Shown: positions 7,990-20,469, counted from the stretch's first letter. The stretch is 64,000 nucleotides of DNA from Dehalococcoidia bacterium (GCA_963663235.2 CAXXNO010000006.1:1-64000); one strand, 5' to 3'. The notes: generated by a model from the sequence alone, not told the origin. Program-made: numbers and translations.

Positions 7990-9042
7990 ATGCAGATCGG
8001 GCTTGGCATGCACACCCACGGCCTCGGGAGTCGCGACGATCAAGACTACCGTCATCAGCCCATTCCCGCCGCGCAGATGAAGCCGCTGGAGATCGCGCGG
8101 CTCGCGGAGGAGCACGATTTCCACTCGCTCTGGTTCGGTGACCACATCGCGATGCCGCCGGCGTCGCCGGATTCAGTGGCGCCTCTCTATGCAGCGCGCA
8201 AGGGCGGAGCCGCAAAGGGTACTCGACACTACGCAGGACGCCCCGAGCTGTTGGACGGGGCTATCGTGATGGGCGCCGTTGCTGCCACGACGAGCCGCAT
8301 CAAGATGGCCTCGGGCGTGCTGATTGCGCCTTACCGTCATCCGCTCAGCGATGCACGCCAGTTCGGAACAATCGACAATCTCTCTCACGGACGCCTGATC
8401 ATGGGGGTGGGTGTTGGCTGGATGAAGGAGGAGTTCGAGGCGCTGGGCCGGCCGTTTGCATCGCGGTCGGAGATGACTGCCGAGTGCATCGAGATCTACA
8501 AGCGCGCCTGGACCCAAGACGCGGTGACATTCCACGGGCGCTTCTTCGACTTCGAGAGCCTGACGATGGATCCGAAACCGGTGCAACAGCCACGGCCTCC
8601 GATCGTTCTCGGCGGTGTGACCAGAGCGGGAGCACGACTGGCCGCCCGCTCCTGTGACGGTCTCTATCCAATCTTTCTGCAACCCCACGCCGACCCGCAC
8701 GACTACGATTACCTCTTGGACGAAATCCGGCGCGAGGCGGAAGGGCTTGGCCGGGATCTCGCGGGCTTCGCCCTGATGGGAATCGTCACCGCTCGGATCA
8801 CGGACTCCGACGACGAGGAGGCGACGCGGGACCCGCGGCGCGTGTGCGGCGGCACGGCCGAGCAGATCCTCGCGGACCTCCAGCGCTTTGCCGACGCCGG
8901 ATACTCCCTGGTGGTCATTCGCCCGGTCTGCCCCTCGGGGCAGATGGCGGAGTTGCGCGATCAGATCCAACGGCTGGGCGATGAGGTGCTACCGGCGGCG
9001 GCGGGGATCACGATCGCCGGTGAATGGAAGAACGGCCTCTGA
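7990..9042 (+). CDS. LLM-class (luciferase-like, probably F420-dependent) oxidoreductase
   Basis: SLWFGDH, PYRHP, DNLSHGRLIMGVGVGWMKEEF, PKPVQQPRPPIVLGG. Confidence 0.9.
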   Translation: MQIGLGMHTHGLGSRDDQDYRHQPIPAAQMKPLEIARLAEEHDFHSLWFGDHIAMPPASPDSVAPLYAARKGGAAKGTRHYAGRPELLDGAIVMGAVAATTSRIKMASGVLIAPYRHPLSDARQFGTIDNLSHGRLIMGVGVGWMKEEFEALGRPFASRSEMTAECIEIYKRAWTQDAVTFHGRFFDFESLTMDPKPVQQPRPPIVLGGVTRAGARLAARSCDGLYPIFLQPHADPHDYDYLLDEIRREAEGLGRDLAGFALMGIVTARITDSDDEEATRDPRRVCGGTAEQILADLQRFADAGYSLVVIRPVCPSGQMAELRDQIQRLGDEVLPAAAGITIAGEWKNGL

Positions 9043-9061
9043 GCGGCGACGGACAACGGAA

Positions 9062-9082
9062 GGCCCCGCGCGAGGCGGGGCC
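9062..9082. terminator. GC hairpin between convergent LLM gene and tRNA-Ala
   Basis: GGCCCCGC...GCGGGGCC inverted repeat. Confidence 0.55.
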
Positions 9083-9090
9083 GGAATCTC

Positions 9091-9166
9091 TGGTGGAGAT
9101 AGGGGGATTCGAACCCCCGACCTCAGCGTTGCGAACGCTGCGCTCTCCCAATTGAGCTATATCCCC
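9091..9166 (-). tRNA. tRNA-Ala(CGC)
   Basis: Cloverleaf, loop TTCGCAA, G3:U70, CCA. Confidence 0.95.
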
Positions 9167-9199
9167 GGGATGGCGTGCAGGCGAAGCGCCTCCAATTCG

Positions 9200-9229
9200 A
9201 GGCTACAAACGCGCCGGAACCAGTGTCAA
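9200..9229 (-). promoter_or_regulatory. Sigma70-type promoter of tRNA-Ala (TTGACA-N18-TAGCCT)
   Basis: Consensus hexamers ~35 bp upstream of the tRNA. Confidence 0.6.
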
Positions 9230-9780
9230 TCGAGGGCGGACTCAGGGTCCAGTCCCTCCGGCAGGTCGACCACGATCGCCTTGGCGGCGATATCGACTTC
9301 TCGCACTACGTCAGTGATTGCCGGGACCAGGAGATCGCGCTTGCCGGGCCGCTTCACCACGTAGACGTCGTTCGCGCCAGGGTGCAGCACCTCCAGAACC
9401 GCTCCTAGATCGTCACCCTCTGCGGTCCGGACCGCACAGCCGACGATCTCATCGACGAGGTACTCCCCCGTTTGGAATGCAGGGCGCTCGGTCTCCGGCA
9501 CTTCCAGCAATTCGCCCCGCATTGGCTCCGCCGCCTCGATGCTCTCGATGCCCTCCAGGCGGAGATAGACGCGACCCTTCTGCCAGCGGCTGGCCACTAC
9601 AGTGCGGGGCGCGCCGTCGAGATACAGGCGGGCCCCGGCCTCGAATCGCTTGGGGAAGTCCGTCAGCGGCTCAACCTTGAGATCGCCGTGGAGGCTCCAA
9701 GGCCGCTCGACCCGGCCTACAGCGCGAAAGCCCGCCCGCGGCTCAACTATCCAGCGGCGCCGCGCGTTGCGCAGCGGCAT
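9226..9780 (-). CDS. rimM: 16S rRNA processing protein RimM
   Basis: G.LKVEPLTDFP.RF, GANDVYVV, LLVPAI; rpsP operon context. Confidence 0.95.
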   Translation of the reverse strand: MPLRNARRRWIVEPRAGFRAVGRVERPWSLHGDLKVEPLTDFPKRFEAGARLYLDGAPRTVVASRWQKGRVYLRLEGIESIEAAEPMRGELLEVPETERPAFQTGEYLVDEIVGCAVRTAEGDDLGAVLEVLHPGANDVYVVKRPGKRDLLVPAITDVVREVDIAAKAIVVDLPEGLDPESALD

Positions 9781-10010
9781 TAGCGCACCTCGAGGGCCGT
9801 GTGTTCGTCGCGGTGTGACCCGGCAACCTTCAAGATCGTGCGCATGGCGTTAGCGATGCGGCCCTCTTTGCCGATCACGCGGCCCATGTCGCTCTCATCG
9901 ACTTGGAGTGTGATTACGACGCGGTCGCCGCGACGATGCTCCTCCACGATCACTGCCTCGGGATGCTCGACGACCGACATGGCGATGTATTCGATCAGGT
10001 TGCGCAGCAT
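9780..10010 (-). CDS. khpA: KH domain RNA-binding protein
   Basis: DMGRVIGKEGRIANAMRTIL; lies between rpsP and rimM. Confidence 0.9.
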   Translation of the reverse strand: MLRNLIEYIAMSVVEHPEAVIVEEHRRGDRVVITLQVDESDMGRVIGKEGRIANAMRTILKVAGSHRDEHTALEVR

Positions 10011-10013
10011 GAT

Positions 10014-10469
10014 CTACTCGGCGCGTTCGGCGGCGGCGGTGGCGGCCTCAGCGGGCACACCCCCTGCGTCGCTGGCCGCGGGTTCGTCGGCAGCGGGGGC
10101 GCTGGCTGCGGGGGCGCTGGCTGCGGCGGGCGCGCTCCCATCGGCGGCGACGCTCTCTTCGGCGGCTTTCGCCGCCGCCGCTTGCTTCTTGGCCAGTGTT
10201 TTCTTACTCATCGGCTTGGTCACGGGCGGCGCCATCAGTCCCTTGGCCGCCAGCAGGCGGTGGACCGTCTCTGTCGGCTGCGCGCCCTTGCTGAGCCAGT
10301 GCAGTATCCGCTCGCTCTTGATCTCGACGGTGGCGGGGTCGGTCAGCGGGTCGTAATACCCCAGGCGCTCCACGAAGCCACCGTCCCGCGGAGCCGTATG
10401 CTCGGCCACCACGATGCGGTACGCGGGCCGCTTCTTTCGTCCCGTCCGTGTGAGCCGCAATTTCAGCAC
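10014..10469 (-). CDS. rpsP: 30S ribosomal protein S16 with Ala/Pro-rich tail
   Basis: LKLRLTRTGRKKRPAYRIVVA...RDG.FVERLGYYDP. Confidence 0.97.
   Translation of the reverse strand: MLKLRLTRTGRKKRPAYRIVVAEHTAPRDGGFVERLGYYDPLTDPATVEIKSERILHWLSKGAQPTETVHRLLAAKGLMAPPVTKPMSKKTLAKKQAAAAKAAEESVAADGSAPAAASAPAASAPAADEPAASDAGGVPAEAATAAAERAE
10093..10126. repeat. 15-bp tandem repeat (AASAP x2) in the rpsP tail
   Basis: GCGGGGGCGCTGGCT at 10093-10107 and 10108-10122. Confidence 0.8.
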
Positions 10470-10518
10470 CGGCGCTTCCTCTCGTCCGTCGTCAACTCAG
10501 AGTCTCGCGCGGCCGTCA

Positions 10519-11850
10519 CTATCGGAGGCCGGGTAGGGCCAGCGTGGGCGCGCGGCCGCTGGCGACGGCCTTCATGATCTTCTTGGTTTCCTTGTATTGA
10601 TTCAATAACTGGTTGACGTCTTGGATCGTTGTGCCGCTGCCTCGGGCGATCCGCCGCCGCCGGCTGGCGTTGAGGATCTCGGGCCGGCGGCGCTCGTCTA
10701 CTGTCATCGAGGAGATGATGGCCTCGACCTTGGTGAGGAAGCCGTCATCCAGGTCCTCCAAGTCCACATTGGCCTTAAGTTTTCCCATGCCGGGGATCAT
10801 CCCCAGGACCTGGCTCATGGGGCCCAGGCGCCGCACGTTCTGGAGTTGCTCCTGGAAGTCGTCCAGGCCGAAGGTGCCGTCCTGCATGCGCTTGCGCAGC
10901 GACTTGCTGTCCTGATCACCGAACTCCTCTTTGGCCTTCTCGACGAGCGTGAGCATGTCGCCCATGCCAAGGATGCGGGCCGCAAGCCGATCAGGGTGGC
11001 AGACTTCGAGAGCGTCGGCCTTCTCGCCCACGCCGAGGAACTTGATGGGCGCCCCGGTCACCGTGCGGACGGAGAGCGCAGCGCCGCCACGTGCGTCGCC
11101 GTCCATCTTGGTCAGGATCAGGCCGGTGATGCCAACGGCTTCGTGGAACGCCTTGGCGGAGTTGACCGCGTCCTGGCCGGCCATGGCGTCCAGCACCAGC
11201 AGAGCTTCATCGGGCTCGAAGCGTGCTTTCAGGTCGGCGATCTCCGCCATCATCTCGTCGTCGACGTGCAAGCGCCCGGCCGTGTCCACGATCACGATCG
11301 ACGCGCCGATCTTGCGCGCCGCCTTGAGGCCGCGCTCCAGGATCGCCGCCGGCGCGACCTCGGCGTCTTCGGCGTGAACGGCCACGTCGATCTGCTGTCC
11401 GAGTTGCTGCAGCTGCTCGATGGCGGCGGGTCGGTAGACATCGGCGGCGACGAGCAGCGGCTTGTCGCCCTGCTTGCGCAACCGCAAGGCGAGCTTGGCG
11501 GCGGTCGTCGTCTTGCCGCTGCCCTGGAGCCCCAGCAGCATGATCAGCGTGGGCGGCGATTTGGCCCGAGCCAGTGTGGGCGAGTCGCCACCGAGGATGC
11601 GGATCAGCTCCTGGTTGACGATGCCGATGATCTGCTGCACGGGGGTGATGCTCTTCACCACCTCCTCGCCGTGGGCTCGCTCGCGCACGGCGCCGATGAA
11701 GTCGCGAACGACCTTGTAGTGGACGTCGGCCTCCAGGAGCGCCAGGCGCACCTCCCGCAGGGCCTCGTCGAGATCGCTCTCTGTAACGGTGCCGTGCTTG
11801 CCGAGGCGCGTGAATACGCCTTGGAGCTTCTCTGTCAGAATCTCAAACAT
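10519..11850 (-). CDS. ffh: Signal recognition particle protein
   Basis: GLQGSGKTT, DTAGR, TKMDGDARGG, M domain. Confidence 0.98.
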   Translation of the reverse strand: MFEILTEKLQGVFTRLGKHGTVTESDLDEALREVRLALLEADVHYKVVRDFIGAVRERAHGEEVVKSITPVQQIIGIVNQELIRILGGDSPTLARAKSPPTLIMLLGLQGSGKTTTAAKLALRLRKQGDKPLLVAADVYRPAAIEQLQQLGQQIDVAVHAEDAEVAPAAILERGLKAARKIGASIVIVDTAGRLHVDDEMMAEIADLKARFEPDEALLVLDAMAGQDAVNSAKAFHEAVGITGLILTKMDGDARGGAALSVRTVTGAPIKFLGVGEKADALEVCHPDRLAARILGMGDMLTLVEKAKEEFGDQDSKSLRKRMQDGTFGLDDFQEQLQNVRRLGPMSQVLGMIPGMGKLKANVDLEDLDDGFLTKVEAIISSMTVDERRRPEILNASRRRRIARGSGTTIQDVNQLLNQYKETKKIMKAVASGRAPTLALPGLR

Positions 11851-11895
11851 CGGGTCCAGTGTAGGGGCTGAGCGTCACACGCAAGTGAGGATCGC

Positions 11896-12918
11896 CTACA
11901 GCCCCCGCTCGGCCATGAGCGCGCAGAGATCGCCCACGCGCAGGCTGTAGGCCCACTCGTTGTCGTACCAGGCCAGCGCCTTGACCAGCGTGCCCTCCAT
12001 CACCATGGTGCTGGGCGCGTCCACGATGGCGCTGGCGGGATGGCCTTTGAAATCGACGCTGACCAGCGGCTCCTCCTCGTAGGCCAGGATGCCGTAGAGC
12101 GGCGATTCCCGCTCGCTGGCGGCCCGCCTGAAGGCCTCGTTCACCTCCTCGGCCGAGGTCGGCCGCGCGGCATTGATCGTGAGGTCCACGATCGAGACGG
12201 TGCTGATGGGCACACGGTAGGCCATACCGTTCAGCTTCCCTTGAAGCTGTGGCAGCACCAGCGCCACGGCTTTGGCCGCGCCCGTCGTGGTGGGGATGAT
12301 GTTCATCGCTGCCGCCCGCGCTCGTCGTAAGTCCGTGTGCACGGTATCCAGCATCACCTGGTCGTTGGTGTAGGCGTGGATCGTCGACATAATGCCCGAT
12401 TTGATACCGACGGTTTCGTCCAGCACGCGCGCCACCGGCGCGAGGCAGTTGGTGGTGCAAGAGGCGTTGGAAAGGACGTGATGCTTGGCTGGGTCGTAAC
12501 GGTCATCGTTGACGCCGAGGACCACGGTCAGGTCTTCGCCTTTGGCAGGGGCTGAGATGATGACCTTCTTGGGGCCGTGGTTGAGGTGCCCGCGCGCCCG
12601 GTCGGCATTTGTGAACAGGCCCGTTGATTCGATGATGATCTCAGCGCCGTAGTCGCCCCACGGGATCTGGGCCGGGTCGCGCTCGGCCAGCACGGCGATG
12701 CGCCGGCCATCCACGATGAGCGCGTCGTCGGCCGCCTCGACCTCACCGGGATAGCGTCCGTAGTTGGTGTCGTACTTGAACAAGTGGACGTTGGTTTCGG
12801 TGTCCGTCAGGTCGTTGATGGCCACGACATCCAGATCGTCGCGGTGGTGGTCCAAGATCCCCTTGAGCACCTGTCGCCCGATTCTGCCGAAGCCGTTGAT
12901 CCCGATCGTGGTCGCCAT
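11896..12918 (-). CDS. gap: Type I glyceraldehyde-3-phosphate dehydrogenase
   Basis: [25 protein letters not shown]; GAGGAG RBS. Confidence 0.98.
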   Translation of the reverse strand: MATTIGINGFGRIGRQVLKGILDHHRDDLDVVAINDLTDTETNVHLFKYDTNYGRYPGEVEAADDALIVDGRRIAVLAERDPAQIPWGDYGAEIIIESTGLFTNADRARGHLNHGPKKVIISAPAKGEDLTVVLGVNDDRYDPAKHHVLSNASCTTNCLAPVARVLDETVGIKSGIMSTIHAYTNDQVMLDTVHTDLRRARAAAMNIIPTTTGAAKAVALVLPQLQGKLNGMAYRVPISTVSIVDLTINAARPTSAEEVNEAFRRAASERESPLYGILAYEEEPLVSVDFKGHPASAIVDAPSTMVMEGTLVKALAWYDNEWAYSLRVGDLCALMAERGL

Positions 12919-12960
12919 GCACTTGCTCCTCACCTACGTTAGACGGTCTCCGGCCTACCC

Positions 12961-13865
12961 TTAGAGCAGCAACCGCCGGGGCGCGCCACCGGGCTGGCGC
13001 CGGAAATTCTCGATCAACAGCCGCTGCCGGCCGTCTTTCTGCACCCACTCACTGCGGCAGCGGTCGCGGCCGCCCCGGAGCGCTTCCGCCTGGCGCGCCA
13101 GTCGATGGTAGCGCTCCCGATCGGCGCTCTCCACCAGGAACAGGTCGCGGCCGATCGCGAAGCGCAGCTGGCGCTCCTGGATGACTGTCTGCCAACCGAA
13201 GAGCAACTGGGCCCAGCCCAAGTGAAACGCTTGGTCGCCCCAGTGAATCGCGATTCGTTGCCGGTTGGACTCCGAGGCGATCAATAGCAGCGATGCGCCA
13301 AAGTGCGGGCGAGCGAGTTCCGCCGCCGCGCGGTACGCACCCTCCAACTCGGGAGCCATGGCTAACTGCTGGCCGGCCATGTACTGGCCCATGCCCACGT
13401 CCGTCGCGGAATAGTCGCGCTCAGACTTGAGGGCCTCCCTCAGCCACGCTTGGTATTCGTGCTGCTCTTCCCCGACCACGGCTTGTTCCGCCGCCAGCCA
13501 CTCCAGTGACGCTCGGACCAGCGGCGGGCAGATTCCGTACGCACCCCACGCCGTGGCGCGGAGCAACTCCAGGCCGGTGCTGTACACGCGCGACCAAAAC
13601 AGCAGCGCCGCCGCGTAGCGATGGTTCCGCAGACGGCTTCCGGTGCTGGCCGTGACGATCCGGTGCTGCAAGCTGAGCGCCTCCAGCAGCCAGGCGATGT
13701 CGTCCTGCAACGCGAACGCGGACTGGCGAAAGGCGTCGCGAACCTGCGCCGGTTGTGTGTCGTCCGGTTTTGGAAGGGTGGGGCCGTCGGGCGGGACGGA
13801 GAGAGGAGCCACACGTTGGGGCGGCGCTTCCGGCTCGCTGGTCGTTGGATCTTGCTCCGCAGACG

Positions 13866-13869
<4 letters not shown>
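12961..13869 (-). CDS. Hypothetical helical protein (possibly DUF5677-like)
   Basis: Coupled between the DinB-like gene and gap; LVRASLE and Y..AAELARPH segments. Confidence 0.65.
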
Positions 13870-15768
<1,899 letters not shown>

Positions 15769-15840
15769 CTACAGTCCGCGAAAACGAGGGTCGCTCCATG
15801 CTAGGAGCGACCCAGTACAGGAACAACGGCGGCGAGACGC

Positions 15841-16752
15841 TTATCGGGCGCGGGGATGTGCCTTGTCATATACCTCACGGACGTGGGCGTCGGTGAGGTG
15901 CGTGTAGACCTGGGTCGAGGAGATGTTGGCGTGACCAAGCATCTCCTGGACGTTACGCAGTGGCGCACCGCCGCGCAGCATATGCGTTGCGAAGGAGTGC
16001 CGCAGCGTGTGGGGGGTGACGTCGCTGGAGATGTTGGCCGCCCTCGCGTAGTTCTTGAGGAGCAACCAAAAGCCCTGCCGCGTGAGCCGCTCCCCTCGCC
16101 GGTTGATGAATAGCGCGTGCTCCTTACGTGAGCGCACGTGTTCCGGCCGTGCTTCTTCTAGGAAGACGCGCAGGGCAACGACGGCCTGCTCGTGGATGGG
16201 AATCAGCCGCTCCCTGCTTCCCTTGCCGACGCAGCGCACCGTGGCGCGATTGTTGTGCAACTCGATCGAGTCCAGATTCAACGCCACTAGTTCACTCACC
16301 CGCATGCCGGTGGCGTAGAGCAGCTCCAGCATCGCTTTGTCGCGCCGCGCCTCGGGCGTGGAGCGCTTGGCTGGCTGTTCCAGCAGCTCGTCGACCTCGC
16401 GCACGGACAGCGCTTTGGGAAGCGACTTCCCCACCCGCGGTGACGCCAACGTCTCGGTGGGATCGGTGGGCACGACGCCTTCGGCGGTGAGGTAATTGAA
16501 GAAACTCTTCACCGCCGCGACTTTGCGGGCCACCGTGGCGTCCGCGTAGGCCTTGGCGCGCAGGCGGCCGATGTAGTTCTGCAACAGGCCGGCGTCGACC
16601 GCGCCCCAGGATGTGGCGTCGCCGTTGGTACAGACCTCGTGCACGTAGCTTCCAAATTGCTGGAGGTCGTTGCGATAGGCGGAGATCGTATTGGCGGCCG
16701 CGCCCTTCTCGACCGACATGAAGCTCAGGAACTGGTGAACGTCGTTCTCCAT
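15841..16752 (-). CDS. xerD: Site-specific tyrosine recombinase XerD
   Basis: LLYATGMRVSEL, GKG.RER, TPHTLRHSFATH, LGHA..S.TQVYT. Confidence 0.92.
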   Translation of the reverse strand: MENDVHQFLSFMSVEKGAAANTISAYRNDLQQFGSYVHEVCTNGDATSWGAVDAGLLQNYIGRLRAKAYADATVARKVAAVKSFFNYLTAEGVVPTDPTETLASPRVGKSLPKALSVREVDELLEQPAKRSTPEARRDKAMLELLYATGMRVSELVALNLDSIELHNNRATVRCVGKGSRERLIPIHEQAVVALRVFLEEARPEHVRSRKEHALFINRRGERLTRQGFWLLLKNYARAANISSDVTPHTLRHSFATHMLRGGAPLRNVQEMLGHANISSTQVYTHLTDAHVREVYDKAHPRAR

Positions 16753-17023
16753 CGGCGGAGTACCTCGACTGGACTCGGTAGGCGGAGTGGCTGCTGGCGG
16801 GATAATAGTCAGCCGTCTCTCTCAACCTCAAGGCAGTGTGCACTGCCTGTCCACGCTTTCCCCGCCAAATCCGAAATCGGACGGGATAGCTGTCGATGGG
16901 GCCGAAATGCCGGGAGACAACCGATACATCGCTTGCCGCGCGCATTCGACTTTGGCTGCGGGGCCTTCGCCGCCTCCTCACGGGGAAGTGCATGCCCGTC
17001 TACGGGGCCTGGCCGGTCGGCGG

Positions 17024-17052
17024 AACATAATCGATTAGAGATAATATGACAA
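17024..17052 (-). promoter_or_regulatory. Putative xerD promoter (TTGTCA-N17-TATGTT)
   Basis: AT-rich patch in the uvrC-xerD gap. Confidence 0.5.
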
Positions 17053-17096
17053 GCGCCCGCACCGCAATCCAGCGCCGGACTGCGCGACCGTCGTGC

Positions 17097-18959
17097 TCAG
17101 AGCCGCGCCTTGATGATCTCCGCTAATCGGCGAGTCATTCCTGCCGTCGCCGCGATCTCGTCGGTTTCCGCGTCCCGGATCGCCTTCACGCTCCCGAACT
17201 CGCGCAACAGCGCCTTCTTCCGCTTCGGGCCGACGCCAGGGACCCTATCCAGTGGACTGACCATCCCGCTCTTCTTGCGGAGACCGCGGTGATACGTGAT
17301 GGCGAATCGGTGCGCCTCGTCTCGCACGCGCTGTAGGAGGTACAGCCCTTGAGATCGTCGGTCCAGCAGGATTGGCTCGCCCATGTCCGCGACGAACAGT
17401 TCCTCTTCTCGTTTTGCCAACCCGGCGACCGGGATCTCGGGCAGCCCCAGGTCGCGGAGCACGTCGAGCGCAGTGGAGAGTTGCCCCTTGCCGCCGTCGA
17501 CCAGCACCAAATCCGGCTGCGCGCTCCAGCCGTGTTCCGCCTCCTCCGCGTCGCTTGGATCGGCCTTGGGCTCCGCCGAGCGGGCCTCCGCCAAGCGCCG
17601 AAAGCGCCGGCGGAGGACCTCTGCCATTGACGCGAAGTCGTCCGGGCCCTTAACGGTCTTGATCTTGAAGCGCCGGTATTCACTGGTCTGCGGCGCGCCC
17701 TCGCTGAACACCACCATGCTGGCGACGCTGTTCACACCCTGAGTGTTCGAGATGTCATAACATTCGATACGGTGAGGGGGGGCTGGGAGGTTCAGCGCCT
17801 CTTGGATCTCGTCCAGGGCGGCGGACGTCTTGCCCCGATCCGCCAGCCACTTGATCCGCAGCATCTGGAGCGCCTCTCCGGCATTGTCGTCTGCCATGGC
17901 CACCAGACGACGCTTCTCGCCTCGCGCCGGTACGCGCATCTCCACGGCCCGTCCCTGCTTCTCGCTGAGCCATCGCTCCAGGAGCGGCGCCTCTTCGGTG
18001 GGATGGGGTAGCAGGATCAGGCCGGGGATTTGCGACGCGCTCTCGTAGAACTGCTTGAGGAACGAGCTGAGCACGTGGCCGGGTGCTACCTCGCTGGTCC
18101 CGGCGAGAGCGAAGTGATCGCGACCGATCATCTTGGTCCCCCGCACGAAGAGCACCTGGACGACGGCATCATTGCCGTCTTGGGCAAGCCCGAAGACGTC
18201 GACGTCCGCGGCCTCGGTGGTCGCGGTGACCTGCGCTTCGGTGACCTTGCGCACGGCCCCCAGTTGGTCGCGGATCCGCGAGGCGCGCTCGAACTCCAAG
18301 TTCTCGGCCGCCGCCTTCATCTGCGTCGTGAGTTGCTGCACCACGGCGTCGGTCCGGCCCTCCAGGAAGAGGATCACCTGGTCGATCACCGCTCGGTACT
18401 CCTCGGGGGCGCAGTACGAGGTGCACGGCGCGATGCAGCGGTGGATGTAGTAATCGAGGCAGGGACGAGGATCGGTGCCGGTAATCGTCTTCGTGCACGA
18501 GCGCCAGGGGAAGAGCTTCTTCACCAGGTCCAGCGTGGTGCGGACGGAGCCGGCGCTGGCGTAGGGACCGAAGTAGCGAGCGCCGTCGTTCTCCACCCGG
18601 CGGGTGATGAAGACCCGCGGCCACGGTTCGTGCACGTCCACCTTGAGGTAGGGGTAGTGTTTGTCGTCCTTGAGGCGCACGTTGTAGAACGGCTGGTGCC
18701 GTTTCACGAGCGTCGCCTCTAGGTGCAGCGCCTCCTGCTCGGTGTTTGTCGTGATGTACTCGAAGTCGGTAACGTTCGATACGAGATTGCGCGTCTTTCC
18801 TTCCAGCGAGTGGGGGGAGCCGAAGTACGACCGCACGCGCGCGCGGAGGTTGGCGGCCTTGCCGACGTAGATCACCTCACCGCGGGCGTTCCGGAACAGG
18901 TAGACGCCTGGCTTCTCCGGCAAGGCGCGCACTTGGGCGACCAAATCGGTCGTGATCAC
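17097..18959 (-). CDS. uvrC: Excinuclease ABC subunit C
   Basis: PGVYLF..IYVGKA, DDKHYPY, IECYDISN, DGGKGQ, RDEAHRFA, HhH. Confidence 0.98.
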   Translation of the reverse strand: MITTDLVAQVRALPEKPGVYLFRNARGEVIYVGKAANLRARVRSYFGSPHSLEGKTRNLVSNVTDFEYITTNTEQEALHLEATLVKRHQPFYNVRLKDDKHYPYLKVDVHEPWPRVFITRRVENDGARYFGPYASAGSVRTTLDLVKKLFPWRSCTKTITGTDPRPCLDYYIHRCIAPCTSYCAPEEYRAVIDQVILFLEGRTDAVVQQLTTQMKAAAENLEFERASRIRDQLGAVRKVTEAQVTATTEAADVDVFGLAQDGNDAVVQVLFVRGTKMIGRDHFALAGTSEVAPGHVLSSFLKQFYESASQIPGLILLPHPTEEAPLLERWLSEKQGRAVEMRVPARGEKRRLVAMADDNAGEALQMLRIKWLADRGKTSAALDEIQEALNLPAPPHRIECYDISNTQGVNSVASMVVFSEGAPQTSEYRRFKIKTVKGPDDFASMAEVLRRRFRRLAEARSAEPKADPSDAEEAEHGWSAQPDLVLVDGGKGQLSTALDVLRDLGLPEIPVAGLAKREEELFVADMGEPILLDRRSQGLYLLQRVRDEAHRFAITYHRGLRKKSGMVSPLDRVPGVGPKRKKALLREFGSVKAIRDAETDEIAATAGMTRRLAEIIKARL

Positions 18960-19070
18960 ACCTCAAGGGTAGCAACTACGTCGCGTGATCCGCTTGTGCT
19001 CGCGCCGTTGCGGCTGCCGCAAGCGACCGCTATCGTTCCGGCGAACTCACGTCAGACGAGGGGGCCCGGC

Positions 19071-20420
19071 GTGCAAAAGACGGCCACAATCTTGGGATTG
19101 GTTGTTACCGGCCTCTTGCTCGGCGTCGGCCTGACGGCGGGTCAGGGGCCTGGCGGCACCTTCACACCCACGGGCGGCCTGGGGACAGGGCGCTGGCTGG
19201 CCACGGCGACGGCGCTGCCGGAGGGTGAGGTGCTGATCGCCGGGGGCATTGTGGATGATGGGTCCGCCGTCGCCTCCGCGGAGCGCTACGACCCGGCGAC
19301 CGGCGCCTTCACGCCGGCCGCCGACATGAGCACGACCCGAAACGACCACCGCGCCATCGCGCTCCTGGATGGGACCGTCCTGATCACCGGCGGCGCCAAA
19401 TTCGGCGGCGGAGGCGGGACGCTGGCCTCGACCGAGATCTACGATCCGGCGCGTGATGCCTTCACCCCCGGGCCACTTATGGCGACGCCCCGTCTTGCCC
19501 ACTCGTTGACGCTCTTGCCCGACGGAACCGTCCTCGTGGTCGGCGGCCTTTCCGCCGGTGCTGGCTTCTACGTCGGCTTGGCCGAACGGTATGACCCTGC
19601 GGCCGCCGACTTCATGCCGGCCGGTGAGCTGGCCACGGCGCGAGTCGGCCACACGGCCACACTGCTGGTCGATGGCACAGTGCTGATCGCTGGAGGGCTC
19701 GGAGACGACGGTTTTCTGACCTCGGCCGAGCGCTACGACCCAGCCACCGCCTCGTTCACATCGACGGACCGCCTGCAAGTGGCTCGACTCGGTCATACGG
19801 CCACCGTGCTCGGCGATGGGCAGGTCCTGATGGTCGGGGGCGACGCGGCCAACGGCGGCCGGTTGGCCTCGGCCGAGCGCTACGACCCAGCCACGGGAAC
19901 CTTCGCGTCTGTTGGAAGTTTGAGCACGGGTCGTAGCGGCCACACGGTGACGCTGCTGCCCAACGGCACGGTGCTGGTGGCCGGCGGCTTCGATTCCGAC
20001 GGCAACGAGCTGGCCTCCGCAGAGCTGTACGATCCGACGACAGGCGCCTTCTCCGCTGTCGATGGCCTGGGCACGGCTCGCGGTAACCATATCGCGACCC
20101 TGCTCCAGGACGGCACAGTCTTGATCGCGGGAGGGCTGGGCGCGGGGTTCGTGGCCCTGGCATCGACGGAGATCTACACGGCAGGGCCTGAGGGCGCCGT
20201 CCTCTCGCTGCGCGCGGGTGGCCAGTTCGTCTTCTGGGATCTGGGCCCGGCGACGGCGGCGGAGGTGTTCGGCTCGGTCAAGATCGCCTGGCTCTTCGAC
20301 CAGGATTCCGCGACGTGGACCGCGTTCGTTCCAGCTCTCGGAAGCGCGAACTTCCCGCTTGGGAATGGCGTGGTGCTCTGGGTCGTCTCTGAGACGGTGC
20401 AGGAGATTGTCGTCGGCTAG
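19071..20420 (+). CDS. Secreted kelch-repeat (7-blade) protein with conserved C-terminal domain
   Basis: GTG start with signal peptide; seven (H)TATLL.DG.VL..GG...SAERYDP repeats; C-terminus 45/71 identical to that of the 2454 gene. Confidence 0.9.
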   Translation: MQKTATILGLVVTGLLLGVGLTAGQGPGGTFTPTGGLGTGRWLATATALPEGEVLIAGGIVDDGSAVASAERYDPATGAFTPAADMSTTRNDHRAIALLDGTVLITGGAKFGGGGGTLASTEIYDPARDAFTPGPLMATPRLAHSLTLLPDGTVLVVGGLSAGAGFYVGLAERYDPAAADFMPAGELATARVGHTATLLVDGTVLIAGGLGDDGFLTSAERYDPATASFTSTDRLQVARLGHTATVLGDGQVLMVGGDAANGGRLASAERYDPATGTFASVGSLSTGRSGHTVTLLPNGTVLVAGGFDSDGNELASAELYDPTTGAFSAVDGLGTARGNHIATLLQDGTVLIAGGLGAGFVALASTEIYTAGPEGAVLSLRAGGQFVFWDLGPATAAEVFGSVKIAWLFDQDSATWTAFVPALGSANFPLGNGVVLWVVSETVQEIVVG

Positions 20421-20469
20421 GTGGGCTCCCCGGCGCGGGAGGGACCCGCACGGCGGCGTCGAAAAGAGA

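Noticed and set aside
15841-16752. Tyrosine recombinase as island or integron integrase
   Set aside because: Typical chromosomal XerD among housekeeping genes, no IntI-specific insertion recognised, 9 kb from the island
18723-19070. N-terminal extension of the kelch ORF
   Set aside because: Overlaps uvrC antisense; the signal peptide begins at GTG 19071
19200-20170. Recurring GCCGAGCGCTACGACCC-like repeats as a possible CRISPR array
   Set aside because: They are kelch-repeat codons within an ORF; no CRISPR array or cas genes seen in the window
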